From a virus (Duplodnaviria; Caudoviricetes), in the IMG/VR virus record IMGVR_UViG_3300017708_001641, positions 1 through 36,939 of that record: DNA of 36,939 nucleotides; one strand, given 5' to 3'. The translations under genes and the position numbers were made by a program. The notes under the pieces are model-generated. The model worked only from the letters and a program-made list of their open reading frames with translations, searched no databases and had not been told where the DNA came from. Below are positions 21,401 through 25,148 of this stretch, piece after piece (within the stretch, counting starts at the first letter, position 1; each line of letters starts with the position of its first letter).

Positions 21401-24400
21401 GTGAATTGGTTGATATCGGTCTTGGTATTCTCGCACCTGCTGGTCAGACTGCAAGATCTGCATCTAAGAACATTCTGTATAATCAGAACTACTATGATAC
21501 TGAACTTCAACAGATTGTTGATTCTCAGTTTGGTTTCGGTTCTTGGAGTTATGACACATTCGTTGATGAAATCACCAAGAATGTTGTTCATGATCTAATC
21601 ACAACAGATACTGATGACAAGCAAACTGCTACAAAGGTTGTTGTAACTAGTGCTTCTGGAAACTTTACTATCGGGGAATTGGTCATTGGTGGTACTGGTG
21701 GTGGATACTACAAGGTTCTTGAGTGGGATGAAGATGCTTCGATCCTATATCTCGGCGTTAAACTTGGTGGTACTGCCTTCACTTCTTCTGAAGTTCTAAC
21801 TGGTCGCCAATCCACAACCACAGCAACCACTTCTAGCACTGGTACTACGTTTGATTGGTATAACAATCCTGGTAATGTACGCACTAGAGATACTGCTGAG
21901 ACTATTACCTCTCTGATTGATGCTGAGATTCCTGGAACTAATCTTTGGACAAACCCCGAAGACTTCAACACTAACTGGACTGCTGCTGGTACTTTCCATA
22001 CCGCAGATGCGATAGTGGGACCTGATGGAAGTCTGACAGCAGATAAACTCAGAGATACTACTTCAAATAATGTTCACACTAGATCTAGAGACTATACTCT
22101 CACCCAACTAGAAACATTTGATACTGATGGTGTTACATTTGACACTGATTCAGAATCGTTTGATACTGGTTCTATTACTGCTCTTCAGAAGTACACTTTA
22201 TCGTTCTTCGTAAAAGAAGCAGAATATGAAAGAGTCAAGTTTGAATATATTCTTGATCCTGGCACAGCGGGAGAGCAAAGAGCGTTCTTCTCATTCAATA
22301 TGGATGTTGGAACCAAGGGAAGTCTCTTCCAACCTGGTGGTGCTATCAGAGTTGAGCAAGAGGGTGTCAAGACAATTACAAACATCAATGTCACCACCAT
22401 TGCAGCAATGACTGGCACATACACTGGTCTAACAGCACTTGGTGCTGCAGTCGGTACTGGTGCAACCTTTGATGTCACGATTGATCATGAGAACGCTCCT
22501 AATACAGCAGTCGTTACTATTAATAATGATGGTATTGCTTATGACGTAGGTGATTCACTTACGATTGTCAATTCTGCTATCAATGGTGCTAATACTTCTA
22601 ATAACCTCACATTTGATGTAGAGACTATCTTTAGTAATGGCGCTGGTGTGATTCCATATGGTGATGGTTGGTATCGTGTTTATATCACGGGCGAATTTGG
22701 TTTTGGATTCTCTACACTACAGCATAAAATCGGACTTCTTAATAATGCTGGACAAGAATCGTTTGCTGGAACTGGTAGTAATGGGATATATCTCTGGGGT
22801 GCAAAACTCAATAAGGGTGAACTTGATCCATATGTTTCTGCTTCTGGTGAGACATTCTTCGCCAATACTGAATACAATATCAAGCAATTGATTCTTAATA
22901 CTATGCTTGGTTGGATGTCGGAGTCTCTTGATAACTCCTTGACAAATCCTTCACCTCAAACCACAACATATACCTTCTACGATTCTACTGCTGCTGCAGA
23001 CTACACATCAGAATCTATCAGAAGAAGTATTAGATATCTGTTGGGTATTGTAAAAGAGCAACTGGGTAACACCAATCATATCAATACCTTTAGTGATAAT
23101 AATGGAATTACAATTCCAACATATACCTATGGAACTAGAAATATCCCAACAGGACTTCTGGGTGGAATTGATCAGACTGAATACTTCTATGGTTCCTACT
23201 CAGGAAGTTACGCCGAACTTAAGACTAGTACCCTAAATGAGGGTCTTATTGCTAAAGTTTATAAGAGATTCCGAATTGATGGTGACATCACTGATGGTCC
23301 TTATACAATGAACGAAGTTGTTCAGAAGCAAGGTGATGCAGCAATCACAGGCGTTGTTTACGGGTTCCATGAAGATGAAAACTACAAGTATCTTGATGTT
23401 GCTGTAACAGCAGGTACGTGGGCAATCACAGACACTATTGAGGGTGCTACAAACACTACCACCGCTCAAATTAGTGCAATCGAAGATAGAATTCATATCA
23501 TCGATTTCAAAGGTACTTTCATTACCGATATTCCATTCAAGGGATATACGAGCGGTAATACAGCAACTCCTATCACTCTCTTCAATAATAATGCAGCAGT
23601 TCTTGCAAATACTGGTGGTAAATTGACAGTTGATACTGAAGGTCTTACGGGCACCTTCGAGACAACTTCGGTTGTATACCCAAGCACATCTAGAGTTTAT
23701 CTCGACCTTCAAAGTTATGCAGGTTTGGAACTTGGTGTTGGTGATCGTATTGGTTCTAGTGGTCATCAGAGATTGCAGATATCAGTCATTACCTCTCAAG
23801 GTGTTGCCCTTAACAATTTCACAGAAGGCAATCGACTTTACAAAGTTGTCTCTGGTGGTCAGGTCAGTAATGTCTACGGCATTATCACTGGTGTTGATCT
23901 TGATAACAACTATGTTTACGTGAAGATGGTTGAGGGGTCATTTACTCTGGGTGATTTTGTTGGTGATTATGGCACCATCGGCGGCGACTTCCCAGTCGGT
24001 TATGCAACAATTAGTACGATTGTTACTAACGCTGGTGCTGCTTCTGGACGTGTCCAAAACATCCAGACAATCGGTGGTACTAAGAGACTTTATCTTGCTG
24101 ATATTCGCGGCACATTCTCAGAAAAAGATGGCATCGTCGGACCTAATGGGCATAAGTCTATTATCCTCGATCGCGATGTACTCAAGGGAAGAGTCAAGAG
24201 ATTCTTCAGAGGATTTGATGGTACGACTACGAACTTCAAACTCAGTACTGGTAATGGCACTCAGTACCTTCCAGATCCTGCTGGACACCTTCTTATCTTC
24301 ATCAATGGTATTCTGCAACCACCTGGTGCTACTAACGCATTCACCGCGTTCTCTGATCAAATTCAGTTCACAGAAGCACCTGAACCTGGAGCATCGTTCA

Positions 24401-25122
24401 CAGGATTCTATGTTGGTAAACTGAGACAATTGGATGATATCTCGTTTGAGTTTGATTCCTTGCGTCAGTCATTCAACCTTAAGCGTAATGATGTGTTCTA
24501 CTCACTTACGCTCACGGATGGCGTTCAGTCCACAACGATTCGACCTGAAAATAATATCATTGTCTCGCTCAATGGTGTTATTCAGGAACCTGGTGTTGGT
24601 TTTGAAGTTGTTGGTTCTAGAATCATCTTCTCAGAAATTCCTCGCGTAGGTTCTACATTCGTTGCATTCTCCTACGTTGGTTCTGAAGCAGACGTTGACG
24701 CTGCTGAAGTTGTTCCTTCTATCGAAGCGGGCGACCTTATCAGCATTCAGGGAGAGACCTCGGATAGAGAAGTTGCTATCATCGAATCTTCCAATTCGCT
24801 GATCACCTTCGATTATCTTGGATCAGTCTTTGGTAGAGATGCGGATGCAACAACCACGCTCACTTCTCAATTCATCGACTCTGTTAGAGTCACTGCTGGT
24901 GGATCTGGATTTACCTCCAAACCCGCGATTGTTGCATCGTCCATCACAGGATCTGGTGCAGAAATCGTACCACTGATCGGTGTTGCTGGTATTGAACTTT
25001 CTGCACCAGGTTCTGGATATCAAGTTTCTACTATCGATGTTGAGACTAGTGTCCCTGATGATTGGACTGCACCAAACCTTGCTGACTATGGCGAGGAATT
25101 GGTTGATCCAGAACTCTCATAA
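3493..25122 (+). CDS. gp7: Giant baseplate wedge initiator gp7 (7209 aa), multidomain
   Basis: It follows gp6 directly. gp7 core motifs are present: N-terminal P.FI..EYP..VKFVEYYY, DFYQSKGTSFSISYLFKLLYGE (~5560-5630) and QDSYYYQDFSY...VHPASFKVFG (~15165-15282). It is otherwise made of Gly-rich repeats, YHYH-like, beta-propeller, LamG-like and helical modules. Confidence 0.9.
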   Translation: MNNVNKVSQSIAAKAPDFIGSEYPLLVKFVEYYYRSQEKTGLGQNIINNFLEYLNIDKLDVSILDGATKLVESITADSETIVVESVDKFLERNGTVLIGDEIIYYESTTSSPNIALSAGISYEQVRVKWTTLENLIDVFDGVTQTFQLLSLGNPITPPQSQFLIVSLYGQILYPDVDYQVSGTTITFTSAPRARTPSDSTDQTYIFFQKGFIENSIIALDDISGSFGEGQNQFTLTRNGEVYEPITDEFVIAIYDNKLLAPRQEFFIDGSLFIFEVPPLKGKILSLYSIEAPIPSFGVGALGYARINNSGELTSISNSETGSGYQFDYPPKVSVSSVAGSGGSATALINGVKTISLLDGGLGYSDTNPPVVEIQQPTREGSLVAGITAEVTNGSVSSLRITSSGSGYTFDPRVTFKQPGGAKLQTPTIGSGQITGTITITDGGSGYTTAPVVYVDEPTGDNAIRASFRSVLTNGVVTEIEILNRGQGYTEVPRIAIVDPTGAQVLQTRVDGDGRVIGVDLLSGGSGYDNVPSVYIVDNRDNGGTGATAVASIFNGQITDINITDFGSGYSAAFPPTLFIQDPPTAKASVTIGLNEVTGYSINKSGTGYSKSQFLNCARAASGITKYTEDGNAVFSNDTMAMAADIETEIKCLDSLFVKRLLDKYTEQYLPDIPELDYKSIDVRTAIKTVRDFYQSKGTSFSISYLFKLLYGEDISVSYPKDQIIKPSASTWSIDTVLRATLVSGNPANIRDGILSQDADIADANISEATALVENYIAINTSTFTIYELVLSEETIEGVFTVPYKTKLAEPLDTEDTIITVDSTVGWPERNGQFLIGDTEVVQYKEKSLNQFIECTRGEDNSTAQVWDAATEVTSNFRVYINKGTDTEVQLNVVGIVDADQTTLTDTGSYYLPGDKLTISKLGGTSDTSELTTWLYNVKKLIEVDSITFNNDVATVTCTNDHGVLVGDQVTIYGANPIIYNGTFLVTSRDSTNIFQYQLPQPGVIAPQGNILVSIDLNKGKSTNSAVLNAIGPYTTNVQNTFFNDNYVYVASTGIPNYNIGPFPGSALLPGNQRKLNRFPRVSATISTKNAINPGPIGTWINGVSIWSYKSNISKTFGSLTSIDVVNVGQGYDAAFPPSISVVGGGGTGAVASVVVNGSISSIDVNEGGSGYTESPLVSIVGGNGSGATATAIITKGVVSRILINDGGVDYTSQPLISIVGGGGTGATATAAVRGPIKSISVESGGSSYTSIPEISITSGSGAVAQPIVSNGRIISVAIINGGSGYTTAPEIQIQGEGFGAIARATIDIDGENAGRVTGIEIVNKGIGYVQGTTLINLTSVGEFAQFTANIFQWNYNLQSTSTFDAAKGSVFEGFNNQYGGEYAHVSNPQRLRYVLGDNMTLTSAGELQEEDESLEHSPIIGWAFDGNPIYGPYGYEDPTDQSSTLRRLLTSYRIKESLIYDETTNISPVRNDGPELSTDSAGTFIEDYEYVFNLGDLDQYNGRFCKTPEFPEGRYVYFVTIDATAAGNPVFPYVLGPSFNSIVDKWNLDANATQQNIPTGVVRYRDPYENVDIDVPRIPNASTNSLSLEDGDILLFEVEDENRDGVIDSSETEDPDQVFEESPLQLFDYFPKVKEDSKVDIEVETITKFEDASVTGFSIENPGINYQVDDRLVFDNTDTDGLGVSARVSRILGETISSYDFENLSGVSFGKITTSVPHNLAVGDRIFADYTPIMANTNKEFVVRQYKGIEEIVVTQTGSGYNTDIPPTIVIDGDGTSASLEAVVTSVGSIDKVNIVSSGNGYTEDPRIILSHPQIFKKTDYFVGLLENNDNTKVNDIVVTEDKKSYVCGTTKNAADDTDVAFVAKFSANGTIEWQKTLVNTTGLDYTEFVKLYVDGNQVWVAGLTKPNSQVVDAYNPDIMLAKYVEDVNGLSATLEWQKAYAGISGATRADHITSLEKYSDTRFIIGGFTNTNSGNPYDAFIASIDMNGNFAIKRKLSSANASEKLTALKIIGTDIYFALETADTDSSTNVNVAFGKVLLTTNAIAVAFIKQVVNSVYSFGNTSLSCDEYNEFYISATLTLKSDGTTRDSFWVGKFNTAGTIIWNKRYVTGSTIELAPVSNIDIFNDLNIAFTKIDDTTGHKIVENVKLKYDGTFLKRTSTDFTINNIEGASVYGMATDNSGDVYLAGQTSWNRNEFILTFADDTATDIANHYTPTVLIGSFGEESLDIEDGVAKIKADDALTGRVRAVDNIDDSYGEIVTTDTINNGIIGKVLTLDTIDNGTLGDIVTVDTINQGIIGKVLAVTGGTTDANRVAGSYNIGASDYTTDGSGAGATFTIAVNVSGAITGITITAPGSAFVLNEQITVPDTELGNGGAADLVFDVSDITDVRAAGTYTINSTQYSETSASGTGAEFSVVVDGAGAATITITDGGSGYAINDTITISDSNLGNAGAENLIFDVASITTQRSAGTYSISASDYTTDASGSGATFSVVVDGSGNCTPSVVTGGSGFAVDETITISDANLGSGGASPLTFDVATRTNQRAAGTYNIGASDYTTDGSGTNATFTIIIDGSGNGTISAIPEDGSGYAVDETITIPDANLGSAGAESFTFDVASVSLARAAGTYEIDSTKYTTTSASGASASFTITVASDGGTSIDIDNPGTNYLVNDTFTITDANLGASGSDDLTFDVATIGSTGDWANAALKIPSSQLGSKLDDDWTLEFMLYKYYAGNGDYSQTQHTLLAVGDASGATGGIWLYYDVSTGKLNLVITENTTPINSAVTSLQSGLSNMFADNSWQFIGIKKTGSTFAAYVNGNVVFSGSVANVTLANKDLHIGNIPGRDGVAGTFRSNEQGQFYADNIRLKNRALNPSVPSDVTAYPANGQFAQAYAWTDTAWFTTNTQQYDYIDYEGFTLKVDKNSDSDRLGTITERTNTKIGFVRTAGSLSSFDLTNTTSDYTLGAVGLQTLDYNDVSTSLAQDTETLEPVVDLWSSRTATVPSPGSQKLKISAIVKDRYYFKPTNTIKIDNIQKLTINQPFKAVTNSKVVLYNNSDAFVNSGYVVRQDATNIYVAINNNSWTNDLNTGYLKFEQFSEQSTYGIVGPVVSANNEITGYTFAQVGFNPSVGTFEIDLSAYDAPSGGTNNLDEFGLFKPYSTDDYIIRIDELSGSSSFAVGSVITLNSGDFSLNADNNVATITNLTGVSKITIVTNLTSILQVTAVANTDEVYVVTNSKHYLRQGENVFIDGNVLTGTSEYNGSFITNTIVSPVEFTYKLPAVATTSPALNGIGNVSIFVKSPTLKMYYGHNYIFDVSHSTMLGSNLSFSKDNLYKLEYSFNSIERVGTPGNPGSNAKSTISLKVDRGIVTNISYYFDPSRTGADSPVISGSYLDVVDSPYAGIFDITSVSGATITTGADTFSFLLLNEPEGVGEITTASYSTSSKKAVGSISGVRIVNSGGFYTRLPVVSNIVSNRNIERVQINDPGTEYAVGTYNSVPISGDGEGGFVQITVADGQDDEGNTISGQIQAVSVTSPGTGYTTATVDIEAIDGILGAGATGSGAEIVVVIPPFGTGASIFTRGDSVGKIKRLKNNNFGYDYPHDYTLRPEITFPINAQLNSTSILESITVSDPGSGYTQAPAVVITGGGGSNAVAEAVVQNGRLSDIIVKDSGSGYSSEPTISLKSSFNYVVNIDLGLLQFAFPHGITNGSEVTLNVVDTGDGAEYPLSSGALGRLNGSTTYYAIAGAANSLEDDQLKLAISSSNAELGDAITFVNNGTGRQQVLTTAFGGVAKANVITSTFLEGELVYQGTTIENATATGYISTNNGWQVGPRIVKIVDYTGNFLVGQSITGVISKSSGIIADLKIAKGVLEIGSITKTTGQFTDDVGKPSEIVQKIQDSYYYQDFSYAVRSAVSINEWKDILIKNVHPASFKVFGELSIDDYGFIPNKETTFQITKSVELAQEAIVPNIQNFALVEPIYSEFNNTEVLFRQKRLTSSENILTSTVQTLDNIDQLFDGIETAFPLSVSQQSIIANENQLMIILNGVVQTPGTAFNVIDNLLVFAEPPQPPASVRYITITFTPKPLIDLTFNNISGIFPNVGNVIVGSTTISRFTVTQVDGNVIRGFYSDLGSGNTGFTTDEFVTANVTGFNAIFATSTAVSNLGLFVFGETVRNFDNDRAIVEQVNLERGQETPISQLRFGVGLATTIFDVVARKVDNTEDDAPVADGEFVIGKKYQMGPELFEIVDITQGTDATTLEVIRGVNNTAAQSHLEDTPVYKTEISVTNTMTLSKIIGTYQSTPGLYSIEDGDIIIGLQSGVVVEVQTSQSYSDPITNTDSGSFEISEGSNFFGLLFNRIASVTYPNIILDDIATSQVSILDFDDNLTPYDAKFPSTEPISNNIITYDNATGALLDNETIRNYKFEYGNNVGDFQVAEPAYSRKLTFNKLRGDGLFRQGQVIRTDDTKAEVIGYAPADQTIYLGKVGRSKGTGEDYHHATFNGNAQLDVDQKRFGTTSLLLDGTGDYVSVPTSTEFGFGTTDFTIECYIRPANVTGAKAIVDFRTTGTELSPYLYLDGTNLKYFVNNLVVWSGTTTLAVDTWYHVALVKSSGTTKVYVNGALDGSSNYVDGNDYGSTKPLRIGATIADGDFFNGHIDEVRVSTNARYTDAFTPQQGIFQGDSNAVLLIHFDGADAATYIEDWSGTESFTAGEFFNNDAIRATSLTRGSLVQVTQRYYDAAGLIRRNKDYIANEAVYLMKEKFPYFTVPTGEIACEDDIRDTLDSIISDLENGSNNHTWDAASLYVNRAVNPITLSHVESEIKETVWVYDKVKEIVEYIITNDIWDTQGDHGLKQLTDATITDSSYTTLTNVTPTGATYDPATGDMVLTKTSHGLVGPTTFTPSAADYIPGTGVMTLTIANHGFSNGDKVQIANNGLTFTCTMDGNTANKTYPRRNDPGSLGWLKISNVTTNTFDIPVGTSLNEYYSVSAVNYDPANNKAVLTIGDHELRPGTSIKLQNESLTFTCATDSNGSEHSYPRSGDGNYDTAINIVNNGSSHDVNTATYNAGTGAMVITMQKGSISNSATTTIGTGYSIATGVSLTGGTGSGAVISITSVGGGTGDIVEYTVTNAGTGYSKSDVLTVPGGNGDARITISEIAHGWSVGDKVRIEDNALTFTCDSDNDYTNHTYPRSTDPASGRWLRISAITPDSITVNIGGAGTAAGNIHTFVSAASDAITYRDGTITINLPSTTDVSTHIFIRDELIGGQGAVVAGGNYVHSFVSAVADSITKQGDAVTIADESIRFTCTSDGNDRILSHPRTSDTHASRRVLPITAHTTDTFTIDVGASPAGQQYAHTFVSVDTDAITIVDYNTGDCADVYGTASTLLDIITDTLENANLATPVDHLGTITRSEPTYEYVGATVDAYLEVPFTITYSDQTNDIIYTNQIDTDGKYRFRDAANLLRLNTSAIIDKTSYDLLQRYPDLASEIPGNADGSGSGTDRCKTDLRLIIAEIINDIEIGGNYRTIRAAKFYLDSNNALIHIGNQIQFSIYAHNRLAHYMKQAITGDLTTDNTDAIITGDWGVTDDGTSTSFTPTNVTYDPADGLSVITIGSHSLKVGSYVKLADNSITMTCAMDSNATQHTYPRPGDFSSGRDLRIESVTDTTITLNINKSGPNQTFTAGTGTTYNAASGELVLSIGDHNLEVGMGVVITDNSLTFTCDSDGHSAPQTYPRSTDPASGTSRSISAVTNTTITINVGNSGSASGNAHLFVSATADSISHLPQVGHTFVSASTGAVTTSINCADVRGAIDTLVTTLNDSLAPTSDDFAVAADRVYFNRNYIAKEITGLTTAEFTYQLNGVNFSAFVYPGSDGLSKCERDIKLIIRAILSDLQTGGSNATIDVFRLYLDSNNHLNHIEEELLATLYAFEQIKTIGEFAIKNNLLAQGATPTTGDYAALYTTETPYIDTEATIDINQVVYRFRELVDIGLGILAPAGQTARSASKNILYNQNYYDTELQQIVDSQFGFGSWSYDTFVDEITKNVVHDLITTDTDDKQTATKVVVTSASGNFTIGELVIGGTGGGYYKVLEWDEDASILYLGVKLGGTAFTSSEVLTGRQSTTTATTSSTGTTFDWYNNPGNVRTRDTAETITSLIDAEIPGTNLWTNPEDFNTNWTAAGTFHTADAIVGPDGSLTADKLRDTTSNNVHTRSRDYTLTQLETFDTDGVTFDTDSESFDTGSITALQKYTLSFFVKEAEYERVKFEYILDPGTAGEQRAFFSFNMDVGTKGSLFQPGGAIRVEQEGVKTITNINVTTIAAMTGTYTGLTALGAAVGTGATFDVTIDHENAPNTAVVTINNDGIAYDVGDSLTIVNSAINGANTSNNLTFDVETIFSNGAGVIPYGDGWYRVYITGEFGFGFSTLQHKIGLLNNAGQESFAGTGSNGIYLWGAKLNKGELDPYVSASGETFFANTEYNIKQLILNTMLGWMSESLDNSLTNPSPQTTTYTFYDSTAAADYTSESIRRSIRYLLGIVKEQLGNTNHINTFSDNNGITIPTYTYGTRNIPTGLLGGIDQTEYFYGSYSGSYAELKTSTLNEGLIAKVYKRFRIDGDITDGPYTMNEVVQKQGDAAITGVVYGFHEDENYKYLDVAVTAGTWAITDTIEGATNTTTAQISAIEDRIHIIDFKGTFITDIPFKGYTSGNTATPITLFNNNAAVLANTGGKLTVDTEGLTGTFETTSVVYPSTSRVYLDLQSYAGLELGVGDRIGSSGHQRLQISVITSQGVALNNFTEGNRLYKVVSGGQVSNVYGIITGVDLDNNYVYVKMVEGSFTLGDFVGDYGTIGGDFPVGYATISTIVTNAGAASGRVQNIQTIGGTKRLYLADIRGTFSEKDGIVGPNGHKSIILDRDVLKGRVKRFFRGFDGTTTNFKLSTGNGTQYLPDPAGHLLIFINGILQPPGATNAFTAFSDQIQFTEAPEPGASFTGFYVGKLRQLDDISFEFDSLRQSFNLKRNDVFYSLTLTDGVQSTTIRPENNIIVSLNGVIQEPGVGFEVVGSRIIFSEIPRVGSTFVAFSYVGSEADVDAAEVVPSIEAGDLISIQGETSDREVAIIESSNSLITFDYLGSVFGRDADATTTLTSQFIDSVRVTAGGSGFTSKPAIVASSITGSGAEIVPLIGVAGIELSAPGSGYQVSTIDVETSVPDDWTAPNLADYGEELVDPELS
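4390..5330 (+). repeat. Gly-rich beta repeats (GxGY..xPxV...GxGAxAxA...NGxIxxI) in gp7, first block
   Basis: About a dozen ~37-aa units seen in the translation. Similar blocks occur at ~6840-7540, ~8730-8940, ~13810-14520 and ~24880-25050, and in the 1408-aa protein and gp8. Confidence 0.85.
6628..8103 (+). other. YHYH-like domain in gp7, interrupted by Gly-rich repeats
   Basis: Motifs: VASTGIP, GPIGTWINGV, GEYAH, HSPIIGWAFDGNPIYGPYG, DLDQYNGRFCKTPEFPEGRYVYFVT and FPYVLGP. Confidence 0.7.
8950..10070 (+). other. Beta-propeller-like repeat region in gp7
   Basis: Recurrent blade motifs: YVCGTT..AFVAKFSANGTIEWQK, VWVAG..IMLAKY..LEWQK, FIIGGFT..AFIASIDMNGN, FWVGKFNTAGTIIWNK and DNSGDVYLAGQT. 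Confidence 0.7.
10222..11574 (+). repeat. Five ~14-aa units followed by five ~77-aa tandem repeats (RxAGTY...LTFDVA) in gp7
   Basis: Long units start at 10429, 10660, 10891, 11119 and 11350 (spacing 231/231/228/231 nt). There is a 42-nt exact DNA repeat at 10444-10485 and 11134-11175. Confidence 0.92.
16960..17560 (+). other. LamG/concanavalin-A-like domain in gp7
   Basis: Motifs: SLLLDGTGDY, DFTIECYI, TWYHVALV..KVYVNG, FNGHIDEVRVS and LLIHFDG. A second LamG-like domain spans ~10075-12090 (WTLEFMLY, WQFIGI, YADNIRL). Confidence 0.8.
17668..21600 (+). repeat. Helical repeats (DAA.L+..N...I ... C..D+..++..+..D+..GG) with inserted FTC..D....H.YPR beta repeats
   Basis: Three clear copies start at ~17668, ~19822 and ~20935, with a degenerate fourth at ~21448. 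Six FTC/MTC..D..(Y/H)PR modules are inserted in copies 1 and 2. Confidence 0.8.
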
Positions 25123-25125
25123 ATA
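25118..25125 (+). promoter_or_regulatory. T4-type late promoter (CATAAATA)
   Basis: NATAAATA overlapping the gp7 stop, 23 nt before the next ATG. Confidence 0.8.
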
Positions 25126-25148
25126 ACTAAAAATAAACTGAGCAAGTA

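Noticed and set aside
3493-25122. Intein, intron or read-through fusion as the explanation for gp7 size
   Set aside because: The ORF is uninterrupted, I saw no intein splice or LAGLIDADG/HNH motifs, and the extra length is accounted for by structural repeats.
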